Shown: positions 24,539 through 38,460, counted from the whole stretch's first letter. The stretch: 63,929 nt of DNA, filler included, from Choristocarpus tenellus KU-1152 (GCA_964200185.2; 11 parts of 11 records of this genome joined end to end with filler, not necessarily neighbours in it); one strand, 5' to 3'. The notes: generated from the sequence alone by a model not told the origin. A program made the numbers and translations.

Positions 24539-25280
24539 ATTTTTCATGCATGCTGCTACTCACGGGCAGTATTGGGTAGTTGTGGTGTGAGGAACACACA
24601 GCATCAGCAATACCTCTGCGCCTAAGAGTAGACAGCGCTGCTCTCAGTCGTCACATGGTTGCGATAAGCCCCTAGTTGAGTTATGTGCGCGTTCAATGTG
24701 GAAGATCCGATTAATGCCACCTTGATTGACCAGTGATTCATGCAAAAATAACATGTTTTGGTCCTCCTACAAGAGACAAGTGTGCACCTTCAATATTTTT
24801 CCATGCCTTCATTCAAGATAAAAAAATAGATTAATTTACTTATTTTCAAGTGGAAACGCCATGATATGGTACACGATATATGAATATGAGAAGAAAAAAT
24901 ACTCCAAGCCAATACACTATACATGTAATGAACTTACACTGTGGGTGATGTTGCAGTGTCTGTATGCTGTCAATTCAGTGTTTTGCCGCAGAGTAGCTTG
25001 CTTGTTCCGAAAAATGCAACAGATTGCTACACTAGATTTTGTTTCCATTTCTGGAATTGGAGTTACCAAGCCTTTTTCTTAAAAGTGAGAAGCAAGCAAT
25101 GAAAGATACAAAAGGTCATTGGTGGCAGGCAATGGCACAGTACAGGAGTAATATAATGTCATTCCCGATCTCCTTCTTTTGGTGCTCTTAACCCAAACCT
25201 CTATCCTTACCCAAGATACAGCACAGCGCAACAACTCAAGCTATATCCTCTTCCCCCCTTCACCCTTTTGGACTGAGAAG

Positions 25281-28200
25281 GGTTATCATGCTGGCTTCAT
25301 CCGCCTTGGCTGCTGCTGGAAACCAGCTGGTCAAGAGCCAGTTGCTATTACCATGCCAAGACCAGAGGATTTTGTCGAAGAGGGTACACTATACCTTTGG
25401 CTGGCAGAGGGTCGTGACCTCAGGGACACTAGGTAAATCGAGTAGAGTTCAATTTTTCTTGATCATCTTTGCATTAATCTAGTTTATTTGGAACCTCTTT
25501 GCTACCTCTGACTACAGCCTGGAGAAAATTGGTCTAATGTGAAAAAGTGACAATGTGTATATATAGATTGGTCTAAGGTAGCTACATACTCGAGAGGAGA
25601 AGAGAGGTTGAGAATGACAATGTGGGAGCAATGTGGAGGGGAGCGCTCAAACCTCCTTAGACCAATTTGAAATGATGACAAATTTGAATGGAAGATTGAC
25701 TTTGTGGAGTATTTTTCTGACTTGTGCCCAGTCTCAGCATCATCTGTTCACAGTTGTAAAAGAGGTAGTATTACATCAGATACTCAGGAGTATAGCATCT
25801 CTCACTCCATCATGTTTGCCATTTTGAGCAGATACCTTGGTCAGAGGGGGGTGGGCATTCCAATGTGTGAGGTGGAATTGCGACCATATCTGAAGCAGGG
25901 GAGGAAGAAGGCCAAGGTGATAGAGGGCTGTATGAGGGTACCAGAGGGGGCTCACCATGATCGAGACAGGGCTATATTTCACAAGTGAGTGCAACAATAA
26001 CACATACTTTGAAGCATAAAGGTAGCATTAAATCTTTGTTTGAGGATATGCTTCTGGGGATAGTTGCAGGAAATATTAGGGGAGTGTGTGTCAGTTTGTA
26101 CACCGGGAGATCATTTTTTTCACAATTTCATTTTAGTTCACTCCCCAAGATGAGTAAAGAGGGGATTGGCCACTGTGGTCACCAATTCCTTGGGAGTAAA
26201 AAATAGAAGTGGCGAGGGATGTTAATATCCAGCCTCTGTATACTTCCAAATGCCAGAAAAGCAATCTATCCAATGGGTATGATATGAGTTCTTACTATAT
26301 ATTATATGTTTCAGCCTACACTTCCATCAATTTGTACACAGACCACTACTCTTGCTTTCGTTAAGGGAATGAGGTACTCCTTTTCTCGATTTACTTTTGC
26401 CCTGATCCTTCCAATGACTTGTTGAATTTTTCTCTATGGGGGAAACTGTTGATCATAAGCCGAATATGGCAGGCGCGAACGGATTTAATAAAGATCCAGC
26501 TGGCTCTGTAGGTGGGTAGTAATATGGACAGAACGGGGATGACAATATTGAACAAGATTTTCGAATTTTCGGTTTCAATCTGGTTGTACTTCAGATTTGT
26601 AGAGCAAATCATACCTTGACTATTGATGGTTCCTGTAGGGGGTAGACAGAGTAGTGTACCTTTGTTGAGGACATTATGTTGATTGCATCTCCTCACCTGC
26701 ACAAAAAAATAGAGTAATTGGCATGCTCACAGCATACTTTAAGCATGTTATCTATGTACCAACCAATCTAAACCCTACTCCGAGCTCAATCTAAGTAGCA
26801 AACCAATGCCTTGCGTTCAACAAGGTGTGTGGGAGTGTTGAATGGGTAACTTTGTAGCACTTGGTGCCTATTACAGGTAGATTGATACAATATTTGACTT
26901 TGGAAATGAGTCTTTCACCATCACTCTGTCCTATTCTCCCCATAAATTCCGAAAATTTCTTTTGCTCCATTGTTGTCAGCATATGGGCAACAAGGGTCCA
27001 TCGGATGTTGAGTTCAGAAGCTGTTTGAATTGCTTTATCTGCCTCTATTATCCAAAAATCCCCAAAGGTTAAAGGTACACAGGTACCTGTTTTTAGGAAG
27101 TCTCTAATCCAAAGCCGTGCATAGTGGTCAAAAGCATGAAATGCTGAATTATAAACTATATTGTGATGTTCTCGGGTGATAGAGTTGTCATATTCTCACC
27201 ATAAATCTGAAATGCTTTTGAACAGCACCAAATGATCGTTTTAAGGCAGATCTCAACACCATCCCTCCTTCAAGCATATGAGCAGACAAGTTAAGCACCT
27301 ACTTCGTCCTTAGCCCGACAATCACCCACAAAATGTACAACTGGAATAAGTGAGGCCCAAAAATCTAGTCATTCTTGCCCTATACACTCAGACATTTTTG
27401 TTGAAGTCCAAAATATTTGCATTGAAAATTTCTCCTACAACAATTAGCCCACACATTCATATTCCCCACTCATAGTATCCTAGAGGGGGGAGTAAGGTGT
27501 CCATTCGGAGCCTGTGTGAATCTTTAGTGATTTTCATGCCATGTGAGAGAAAATTATCAGATGTAACGGCGAGTTTCTTCATCTGAACACACCTTCCTGT
27601 TCCACCCTCCCGCCTGAACCAAATCCAAAGGAAAATCAATTGCAAAACGAGCATCAAAGCAAGGTATCTTATATCACTACATCAAACCCCGAATGGACAA
27701 CCTAACCAGGGTTAAACTCCCCCCCCCTCTAGGATACTATTGATTTTCCCTAACCCTTAGAAGTCCCTGATTGTGTTCACTGTCCCCTTCAAAAGCCTCA
27801 AAATGATGTCAACCTTCTCCCTTCTTACGGCCTCTCTTGTATCATTGCTTTGTACTCTGACCCTTCCCACAATGTTTAGGTTCATTAAGATGGACTTCAC
27901 CCCTGTGACAGCTGCAGAAGATGACATTCTTTCTCAGTCTTCTCCAACTCTCCTTGCTACTGTGTATGACCAACCCCTTGGCAAAAAGGTTTGGAACTAC
28001 AATTGTACATAAGTGTTGAATACTGGAGAGGGTGAAGTTGTAGAAGGAATGAAGGGCAGGAGAGTGGGAGAGCAGGTAATGCAGAGTTGTAGAAAAACAA
28101 AGGGAGGAGAGAGGAGTGGGACCTGTGGCGGTGAAGATCTAAAGATGTGAAGGGTTGCTGAAGAAGTTCATAGGGACCATGTCTTTGTAGACCTTACTCA

Positions 28201-31200
28201 ATGTTGCATATTTGATTAACGAAGGGATAATAATAGTAGGTGGGATTGAGAGCATTTCAAACTAGCTCTGCCACAGCCTTTGACACAAAGATCTGCAATG
28301 TGTTCATGTTGCTGACTTTGGCACTCAAGTACTAACACTCAAATTATATGTATATAATTCGAAGTATAGAAACATCCGCAAGAATACACTTACTTCGGCA
28401 GGTGGTGGTGGGGAAACTGGAGATTCTCCTCGTCAGCCTATGTGGCTACAAGAATCTTAACGTAGACGCTGAAAGGGGTCCATCATCTCCTGGTGAAGAT
28501 GTTAAGGGGGCCCTATATGAAGGTTGCCCTGTTTCAATAGTAGATAAATCAATTCCTCTTTTGGATGAAGGTGATTCAGGGCTGGAGGCTGGAGTGAACG
28601 GAGGAAAGCGTGAAGGGCATCCAGGGGAGCTCCGAATTCGGGCACTCTATGTTCCAAACTGCTTTGCAGACGCACCTGGTGTGAGGATTGCGATTAAGGT
28701 GAAGGTGCTGGCAATGACAACAGTGCCAAGGGGAATTGGAAGTGTTGGGGAAGCAGCAACAGTGAAAATATGTGGTATCTTAGCCATAGATATACAGAGC
28801 ATAGTGTGGGCAACAGTTGACATGAGACTCTGACACAAATAGGTTGGTCGTGCCAGCCTACATCTGTACCTTCAGAGCTTTGGACCTTCTTGTCGCGTTG
28901 GTTTGTCATCCTCTATGACACACTCCCTTAATCCATACACCAGAACACAAGATAGGTTTAGAGTTAGGACTACTTTTCTGGACAAAAAATTCGATGCTGC
29001 TTGTTTGATATAAAATCTCTGTCGAGCAATTACCGCTGGCTACAATATCTTCTTTCCACCTACACACACTTTCCTCCAAAATTGGTACTTCAAAGGAGCT
29101 GGCCAGGGAAGCAGAGGCAGCTCTGCAACGATTCAGACACAGCTCCAGGGGCAGTGAGAGACCAGAAGACATGGGCCCCTTACAAGAGACACAATATAAT
29201 GGGGGAAAGAGAACTTTGGACATAACAGGCACTGCAATACCTGGTGGACTTGAAGTCTTCTTAATCCGTGCAGTGGATCTCCACCAGGTGGATTTTTTTT
29301 CTCTACACTTTGTCAAATGTTACTGCATGCTTGGAAGTACAGTTTTGAGGAAGTGGGCACGGGATGTGCACACCTACAGTCATGGGGTCAATAGTCTTGT
29401 TTCAGAAGGCCTTGCTGGCGAAACAAGTGTCCAGGTACTCTCATGTGCTTCGAGCTTGAGAAATTGTGGGAATCTTTTTACAGCTCTGATCCAGGGCGTC
29501 AGGGCTGAAATATTTTCCTAACAGAGTAACAGATGTCACCAACATGTGCAGAAAGCATGCCACCCTCGGTTTTGATTTTGATGGGAAATGGAACAGTTTC
29601 GTCTTCTGTACATTTTGAGGTTAGATGTCGCATACAAGAGAACCTTAGTTCGAACAAGTACGATGTGGACAGGACATACACATCTTGCCTTGTCATCACC
29701 TCAAAGTGCAGTAGAGCTCTAGAAGCACTACACACCAGGAAGTCATGTAGTCCTCAGGTTTCAGTGATAGGAGGGGTCTACAACGGTGGTCGGAAATTTT
29801 ACAGGCTACATTAATTCAAAGTAAAAGAGGGATACTCACAGATTAATTTCGAGGATGCCGGCAAATGTGTGTAAAATTCGGCATTTTTTTTTAAGAAGTG
29901 TGCATATAATATTTCCGAATTGTCTCTAAATGTTTCAAATTATAAAGAAATTAACCCTCCCAAGTCAAACTTGACACTTCATCGATAGGAATATGGGAAA
30001 TTGCAAAAGATTGAAAAACTGGCTTATAAGGAAAAACGACCAAAAACTGGGTACCTGTCACTTGCTTTGTCTCTTACTGAAGATGAGTTGAAGAGGACAA
30101 CCACAAGATTCTGAGTAGGATGAAAAATTAATTCCTGTAGGAAGAGGACTATCTGTAGTACACACATTAGGACATATCTTGGGGGGGAAAGAGTGTTCTC
30201 ATCATCATTGGAATCCACTCCTGCAATGTGATCATTCCTAGAGAACCCAATTACTTGGAGAGAGTTTGGCATACAACCACCATTCCTTGAATCCTACTAA
30301 ATATACCCTAGTATCCAGAATACGGAAATTTTAGTTTGATCCTTCATTGGCAAGAGGTAAATGCCTCAAATACCATGATTATACTTCAAATATCCAGTAT
30401 ATGTACACACAACAGCACAATCCTCCAAAGCTCAAATTTATGGATCACCCTACAATCTGATTGACCCCAACAGGCGGAGCAAGTCCAGGATCTCTTTGTG
30501 CAAATGAGGTTACTGTGCTCCTCTGGTTCGGAGCAGCACTCCAGGTAAGCCACTTGCCATGTAACTACTATACTGTTCCTCCCCTGAGTTGTTAAACTCG
30601 GGGGGTTTCCTTGGACTCTAGAATCCCAGTGTCAGTGGACAACATACTCTCAGGTTTGTTCAGCTCCTCAGTGAATGCGGAGGATAACGGGGAGTAATAT
30701 AGAAGAATTTACAACCATTTTTGTTATTCAAAGCATGTGACGGGGGGGGGTTGTACCCTGGCTCAAACCCTCCGCAGGAAAAAATATAAATGCAATTGAT
30801 CATAATGGAAGCAGAATAGTCGTAATGACAAGGTTCTTCATTTACAAACTCGATCGAACATTTGTCTATGAAAGAAAAGGATCTTCCTTCCTTGTGCATC
30901 AAACACCAGGAGCAACCAGTGAACTTTCTCAGTACAGCCTTTTGTACGTGGTATCTGTGAGTGCCAGGATTGCAACCCCAGGCTGACTCTGAACTAGTTG
31001 CCATTTGTACTGAGGAAATTGGTCCCAGCAGTTGAACCAAGCTGCCGTGGACTTTATTTTTTTTACATAGCCTCCCTTGGTGTCTTTGTCGTACATGGTC
31101 CTCACACACTACAGTTTGGCATCTCGGTCCTCTTCAAGGACATGTCAAAACAAATACAATACCTTTCCTGAAACCTAGAAGACGTGACCTCTACTGCAGG

Positions 31201-32727
31201 CAAGGTACCAATCAATCACGGAGTATATTGTACTTTAACATGTATCCCTGCAATCAGCATGCCATCAATCGATTCTCCTGTCCAATATTCTGATGTCACC
31301 AACAATCACACAGCCGGAACTTCATATGTATGTACTGCACTTGAAAAAAAAATGTTTCGCTTTCCCCAGTGAAGTTGTCAAGGATGCTGGAGCATCCCCA
31401 GAATGGAACAAACAGTTCTCCATGCTTGTGGATGATGCAGAAGTGGAGATGCTGGAGGTGCTTGTCAAGGATTTCAACAATAATTCAGTGATGGGTGGAT
31501 GCAAACCCATTGCAAAATGCAAAATTCCACTCAGGAGGTGTGAAGTGTCTGCAGCTCCTTCTTGGCAACGGCAACACTCTTGAAGGGGCTAGCTCTGCAT
31601 GTGCTCCAATGTTACAGATGGGGGCTAGAGTATGATTTTCGGCGTGTACTGCATTAGTTCAAAATATCGGACAACCCAAACAGCAGCGATGTTGTCATTT
31701 TGAATCCTAACCCCATTGCAGATCATAAGTGGCATTTGAGTCACATTAAGCAGGAGTAGAAGGAGGAATATGAAAATCTGTCAATGCTCTTGGACTGTCT
31801 CTGGTTTAATTTAAACACAAATGTCAGAATTTTCGGGTACCTCCCAGTTCTTGTTTGTAATAGAGGATAGGTATTTCTGTGAGACTACCACCAGGAGATG
31901 ATTTTAAGCACAACCGACAAAAATACTATTTGAAGATCTTACCAGGGAATTTCATCTAGGTAGGATGGTTTTCCTTGCCTGGTAGACTTGTGCTCACAAT
32001 TTTCAGTTCATATTCAATTTTCTCCCCTATCGATTTAGCAATCAGACTGATACTCTAACGAATATGTGGGATGGTTCATGGATGAATGGTGCCAGGTATG
32101 CCTGTAATCCCATCTCTCAAAGGAGGGACATTTTACAAACCACACCTGAGAGCTTTCGGCTGACTGACCACAAGGGTAGAAGTTACCGAGGCAATCTCGT
32201 CATGTCCCTCAGCTTTGTCCCAGAGGTACGACTTCAAGGATAGTGCAAGCAATTTTCCAATGAACGGAGGTTGAAAGGATAATGTTTTGTGGAGGCTCTG
32301 TCTAATCTTGTACCACCTATTGTATCTTTATTACATTTGCTTCAACGATTGAGGGCACGCTTCGCCTTTTACTCTATTGAATCTATGCCCCCCTCATGTC
32401 ATCCCTCTGTAACTACTAAATCAAGTACAACTCTTACAGGTTCAAGACCAAGGTCACATCTTGCGAAATGCCATGTCCCCTGGCTGGGATTTCAACAGCT
32501 TGGAGGGAGACAACGATTTCTCAACAATGTTTGTACGAATTATCAGTATGGATGGGGCAGGTGTGACCTGTGAGGATCGTGTTCGTGTTCGAGCCTTTCT
32601 TGCAGCGGATTCTGATGAAGAGTTAAGAGGACCATCTGAGGGTGTACCTTTGGCCGAGACAACTGGGGTGGGGCGGGTGGATGAAGCTTCTGGGGTGTGC
32701 TACTGGGGACCAAGGGGAGGGAATCAG
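25281..32727 (+). CDS. Multiple C2-domain protein, internal exons (both ends missing)
   Basis: Phase-consistent GT-AG exons 25281-25432, 25832-25984, 27880-27988, 28402-28698, 29096-29287, 30474-30544, 31370-31537, 32123-32225, 32440-32727. C2 motifs: GTLYLWLAEGRDL, LLATVYD..VVGKLEILL, GELRIRALYVP, GGLEVFLIRAVDL, ASPEWNKQF...LEVLVKD, GNLVMSLSFVP. Confidence 0.88.
27467..27746. mobile_element. TIR element family C (~280 bp), intronic
   Basis: TIR atagtatcctagagggggggagt / actccccccctctaggatactat. Putative TSD TCCC at 27463-27466 and 27747-27750. Confidence 0.82.
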
Positions 32728-33217
32728 GTAAAAGAAGCCACATTCTAGTTTCAATAGTGAGTTGGATTGGGAGAAAAGAGATAGAGCAGAAGGGTTTGTC
32801 CTCCTCCAAGAGTTTCCTTGGTACACCTCTTGCCTAGTGCATGGAGAGACGGCATTGGAACTTGACATTGATGATAGTGTATAGTGGAACTGATTGTTAC
32901 ACCTACCTGGACTCTTTTCTTGCTGCAGTTGATTTTCTGTGTCCTTCATCCATTTGTTATCTCTATGGTACCTCTCTAAATAAGTGCTACCTTGGACCAC
33001 TGATCTTACAAGACCAGACTGATGAGCAACAATACAATAACGCAATAAAATAGCCTGTCATGGTCATTGGATCTGAAAAGACTGCACAATCCTTGCGTAA
33101 GCCTTCCACAAAGAGTGTACAAAGCAATTGACCAGACTATTTTATGACTAGAGTATAGATTGCAAAATTGGAACTGCCTGACAGTATAGGGCAGTATCAT
33201 ACAAGGCCCAGACGAGA

Positions 33218-33393
33218 GGGTCAAAGTATCTGGGGGGGGGTGTCGGTGTCCATTTTTCACCCTCTTATCGATTTTCACTTTTTTGGTGTAATTTGGTGCA
33301 CGTGTCAGATTTGAAATGTCAGCAAAAAAAAGAGTTGTTTGACCGAAACGGACACCCCCTCACCAACCACCCCCCCCTCGACACATTTACCCA
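33218..33393. mobile_element. TIR element family D, running into the contig end
   Basis: gggt-caaagtatctg(G)n; its body is the reverse complement of 39504-39673. Confidence 0.85.
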
Positions 33394-33898
33394 NNNNNNN
33401 NNNNNNNNNNNNNNNNNNNNNNNNNNNNNNNNNNNNNTTAATTAATTAANNNNNNNNNNNNNNNNNNNNNNNNNNNNNNNNNNNNNNNNNNNNCGTTTTC
33501 GGAAAACAACCATCCTTGTAGTCCCGCTCCATCCCCAATTTTGAAAATCCTCTGTTATTTATATATATTGCCCAGAACAATGCCTGTAACCTTTCTTCAA
33601 CTACAATAAATCTCCATACAATAAGTTTGATAATTTCAAAGGTTTAAATGAAGAAAACGATGCAAAGAAGGGAAACTATGTCAATGTCTAAGAAACCCTC
33701 GCTCATAGATTTCCACTGTACAGTAAACGTTCAGTGCCTTTTCCTGTGTTGACATATGTTCTCCAGCAAACAATCCTAACATCCGTTCCCTTAGGGACAA
33801 CACTTTGAATCTGTCGTAAAATGTTTTTTGTTCAGGACGATACTTACTTGGGGATATTTGATCTTAAATGATGGTCGTTGTTTCGCAAATGTGGGGGG

Positions 33899-34012
33899 TC
33901 GAGTTCATTTGGAATCCTATATTATTGGTTGTCTATGAATGATAATGGTTTGACTTCGAGTTCATTTGGAATCCTATATTATTGGTTGTCTATGAAGGAT
34001 AATGGTTTGACT
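33899..34012. repeat. 57-bp tandem duplication
   Basis: tcgagttcatttggaatcctatattattggttgtctatgaa.gataatggtttgact x2. Confidence 0.92.
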
Positions 34013-34692
34013 TTTTCCCTGACACATGTACAAAATATGAGAGGGTATAATAATATGTATTGGATTCTTGGGATGCCTCCCTACTCCTCCGCGTGGGGTA
34101 GGTATAATAGGTAGATTGGGGACACAGGAAGGCAGTACAACATAGATGGTGAAGTAACAGATTAGTGTTTTTCACATTTATGACATTTTATTTCCTTAGG
34201 CCTTAATACTGATACATGTATAGTTTTCATTTTTGTTTTACATCATCTGTAAAATATTTGAGAGCATAATATTATAAATAATATGTATTAAACAAATGGA
34301 TGCAACGTCTGAATATTGTAGTTGTGTAAGATGGTTCAACCAAAAATATGTAGAAACATTAATCGGAATCGGTGTATTTGACGATATACTGCTTTCGATA
34401 TAAGGGTTGCAAACTGCAACTTGACCTAAAGTTTGACATTACCTTGTGACAGTTGATCCTACCAAATCCTTTTGCTGCAGATACCTGCTTGAGTTCCGAG
34501 GATCACCACAGTGTGAAGGGGCATCCCCGAAAGAGTGCAAAGGCCAGTAGCGACGCTGGGTCGTGATCTACGGGAGGTTTCGTATCTTGAACCAGCAGAT
34601 ACTGTGTCGTCCGAAGTCAACTTTGTAGCTGTTGTGTAGTGCAATCGCACACTTCATAGAGATCCCTGTTGATATTCCGACTTGCCCATAGA

Positions 34693-36175
34693 ATGACAGG
34701 GGGTGAGTCAAACGGTGGAAGCGGGGGTACTGTTTCTGTCGCGGCCGCAGTCACTGCAGCTACCGCGGTTTGTGTTGCGACCTCCGCAGCAGCAAGTAGT
34801 GGGGACAGATCCATAGGGTCTGTCGGGTCGGTCATTGGACAATGCTTGGCAGAGTTGAAGGGAGATGATATTGCACGATTATTGGGGGAGGTCGCTGACA
34901 ATGTTTTAAAGTTCGCCAGTGACCGCATGCCAGGGTTGGAGATATGGACGATCCAGACGCTAGATACGATATTTGCACCAAGATTGGTTATCAGGTATGG
35001 AATGTGTGAACTAAACAACTAGAGCTTTACAGCTCAGTCCCATCCCGCACTCTGCAGCTGTAGTAATAAACCTTACCCTTACTAACCGGAGCATGATTCT
35101 ATATATACCTGAACCACGATTTCAAGAGTTGCACAACGCAAACCACGAGGTCTGGCTTTGTCGACCAGCGTGGAACCCAGAGGCTAGATATATTTACACC
35201 ATCTCTTGTCCCTACTAACTCAAACCTAAGAACCAACTCATTGCGTGATTCTGATTCAGGACGATAAGCCTCTCATGCACTGGTGTAATATCTGATAAAC
35301 TCCTTTCCCTCGTTTGATACAACACTACCACATGTAGTCGTGGACCATGAATCAAGGAAGGTCGCCACAGTGCGTTACTAGGATCTTCACCAACTCCGCT
35401 GGCAACAAACCATCCCGAAAATCGATGTGCATATCGCCCCCGCCTCAGCCCTAACCTTTCATGGTGAACACCAACCTGGGGAGCACTTTTCCGTATCAAT
35501 CAATCAAAAGGGGAGCTTGGAGCCTCTGCAGTCTCACCCTAACGCCCCTCCCTCTAGAACACAATTTTGGACCATAGACCTAAAGGGTATTCTCATGCTC
35601 TGTTGGTTCAGGGTGATTTTAGAGAGCGAATGGCTACCTAAGTACCCTCTATCGCAATGAATGACTCGATTTCAGGGACGAGGTGGAAAATGAGCATGTG
35701 CGTGTGTGATCTGCCCTTCGATCTGCCCCGCTTCCCTCTGCCCCTCGGCCCTCAGCCCAAGTATCGTTTTTCCGCTCAACATATCAAACTCGTGATTGAA
35801 CCTATTCATACACCGAACCAAAGAAATATCTGTGCATATGCATAATTAGGAACACGCGAGAATAATATCAAACCGTAACAACCCTTGGGTATTGCTGTAG
35901 ATGGCTTTCCGATTAGGTTGAACGCACTTATCCTCTGTGCACACACACGCACACATGCACACACATGCAAAGCAATCCTCATTTCGGAGGTGCTTCCATG
36001 CGCGACTGGCCTATTTTTCTGCAGGCATCTGGTAGTGGCAATGGCGCTACAAACCGGGCTCCTCACCTGGAATGGACTAGTCTCGGCGGCAGGCATGCTG
36101 TTGTCACGAATGAGCAAATCGCATCGCGATATCAAGCGCTGCCGTCAGCGCATGAGGCAGGCTGGAGACTATGAG
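34693..36175 (+). CDS. 5' exons of a probable patatin-like triacylglycerol lipase (SDP1/TGL type)
   Basis: Exons 34693-34994 and 36025-36175 splice in phase. A hydrophobic segment is followed by CRQRMRQAGDYE|, which resembles the 'M..A..YEEW' start of the DUF3336 region of SDP1/TGL lipases. The catalytic domain is not in the window. Confidence 0.55.
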
Positions 36176-36467
36176 GTTTGTCTGTGTCCGTGTTTGCTTG
36201 CATTGGTGTGTTTACTGCGGTGCTGACTGTGTACTTTTTGTTGTCTTTTTTTTTTTGCATTTCCTGGGGTTTTTTTCACCTCCTGTGTGAACTCTGCCGA
36301 AATTGATTACTTCCTACTACGTGAATTGGTCGGTCTCAACGTGGTCTTGATCTCACTTAGAGATGCAGTATTGAATCCCACAAAGATGATTGTCTCTCAT
36401 ACCTCCCCCACTTCACTCCTCCCACATCATACAGAGGTATGCAATCCGTACTGGAGTGCCTCTCCCC

Positions 36468-36509
<42 letters not shown>

Positions 36510-36899
36510 TATACAANNNNNNNNNNNNNNNNNNNNNNNNNNNNNNNNNNNNNNNNNNNNTTAATTAATTAANNNNNNNNNNNNNNNNNNNNNNNNNNNN
36601 NNNNNNNNNNNNNNNNGGGGGGGGGTGGTGGGGGGAGCGCGGCGGGATTGGTGGGGGGGGGGGGGGGGGGGGGGGTATGGTGGGGTGAGTGGGTGATGGT
36701 GGTTGTGATTGGGGCGAGGAAGCAGGTGGGATGGGATGGGATGGGATGTTGGGGTGTGTGCGGTGGGTTGTGGTGGTGGTGGTGGTGGTGGTGACTGGGG
36801 TGGGAGGGGGGGTGAGATTTGGGCTGAGATGTTGTGTGGTGAGAAGAGGTGGATTTGGGCTGCAGTGGTGTTATTCAGACGGGTTATGAGCCCACCAGG

Positions 36900-38220
36900 T
36901 GAGTGTCTTTGGCTGGTGAGGGTGGTGTAAGTGTGATTGAAAAGCGTGGGAATGGGTAGGGTGTGTTCTACACTAGGGGCATATGAGAGGGTGGTTGATG
37001 CCTTTGCAGAGGCTAACCATGTTGTTGAGGTGGAGCGAGCATCCACAAGGGAGGGTGCCTTGGTGGTCTGGGGAGAGGGGCTCTGGACAGCTTCGGCAGG
37101 GAGGGAAAGAAGGGGGAGGGGCTGGGGAGTGAGGGCGTGGGATGGAGAGTAGACAGAATGGTGGGATGGCAAAAGGGGTAGAGGACAATTGTGAGAGGAT
37201 GAATTCCAGCACGACTTCGGTTCCCACACTCCTCTCCATGGCAGCGGAGTAATGTTCTGGGCTGGCAGAGGTTCGGCAGGTGGGGCACAGGATGGGATGC
37301 AGGGGTCGAGCGCGGAGGTATAGAGCTGAGGCACAGTCCAGATCAGGTGAGTGTGTGCAGGAGAAAGGAAGTACTGGCTGTTGTATCTGGAAAAAAAAGA
37401 TCGCACAGTGTTACGGTGTGAGCTGACGTGGTTGTTGAGGTGGTCGTGGATTGGGGTCACCAGTGGGGAAGGCTGGCCGTCGAATTCCAGTAATACCTCT
37501 GATCACCGTCTCTCCTGTCTCCTCCTCATCATTGTTGTGGAGGGGCGGCCCCCTCTCCCTACAAATATCGTCGTAATCCTCTACCACCTCTCCAGCCCCA
37601 TCCCCCTGTGGTGTAAAAGTAATCTTAGAGGGTACGAGTTTTGGCCTGTTTGTCCATTTGGGGATTGGCTCCCCATGGGTTTTTTTATGACATTTTCCTA
37701 CTTCGATATGTTTCGGAGTAGGTAAAATGTGTATATTATGAAAAGGTGTGTCTGAAACAAGGATATTGACACTTCCTAATAAACATGATAGCCAATTTTT
37801 AATCAAAATCGCAACATTAGATTTTGGCATTCAAATGGACGTGGTCCTACCCTCTAGGATACTTTGGCTCTGTGTGCCGAATCGGTTTTCTGTCTGACCT
37901 TTGCCATCCTGCAAAAAGGAAACCTGTCCGCCTAATCCCGAAGAGTGGAGTGCTCTGCTTATATTCCTCCCTCACCCATGCCTATCTTGTGGGCCGCCAT
38001 CCCCATCCTCGATCACCTCCATAACCTCGTCCTCGTGTGAGCCCGTTCCGTTCTTTATCCATCCTTCTCCATTTTGCGAAATCGAAATCTGTGCGTCTAT
38101 TCCTGAAGTAGGGTCATACACTCCATTTATACTAGTTCCTTGCCCCTGCCTGTCTCATGTACCGTCATCGCCCTCCTCCATCACCTCCACAGCCCCATCC
38201 CCTCCCCTATCTTTTTTCAC
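36900..38220 (-). pseudogene. Decayed ORF with ~47-aa acidic/Gly repeats and a degenerate RING-like motif, interrupted by a TIR element
   Basis: Repeats DGAVEVMEEGD / DEVMEVIEDGD / DGAGEVVEDYD. Downstream: CRSC..LPCGCSLH..CP*CR. In-frame stops present. Confidence 0.4.
37611..37870. mobile_element. TIR element family B (~260 bp)
   Basis: aaagtaatcttagagggtac ... ctaccctctaggatactttg-gctc. TSD TGTG at 37607-37610 and 37871-37874. Body homologous to the copies at 43176 and 43472. Confidence 0.9.
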
Positions 38221-38291
38221 TATTATTTTAATTATAGACGCTCAACTCATCATATTGCGAACTTTTGGTAATAAGGAGAGTGTCACTCCAC

Positions 38292-38460
38292 AAGTACAAT
38301 GTTTTGGCTCCAGACAGACACTAACCCTAACATATAATATATTATTTGCTAGATGGCATAATAATAATAATAATAATAATAATAAAGTACAATGTTTTGG
38401 ATCCAGACAGACACCAACTCCAACATGTAATATATTATTTGTCCCATGTCATAATCATAA
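38292..38460. repeat. ~92-bp direct duplication separated by (AAT)n
   Basis: aagtacaatgttttgg.tccagacagacac at 38292 and 38384. Confidence 0.85.

Noticed and set aside
28400-29800. Antisense transposon pseudogene
   Set aside because: Much of the apparent coding signal is the shadow of plus-strand C2 exons 28402-28698 and 29096-29287.
32039-32095. Extra C2-gene exon
   Set aside because: The acceptor at 32122 gives a better continuous C2 reading (KIPLRRRDILQTTPESFRL) without it.
36561-37460. 299-aa ORF as an intact gene
   Set aside because: It is Pro/His-rich low-complexity sequence running into Ns; the protein-like motifs are in other, interrupted frames.
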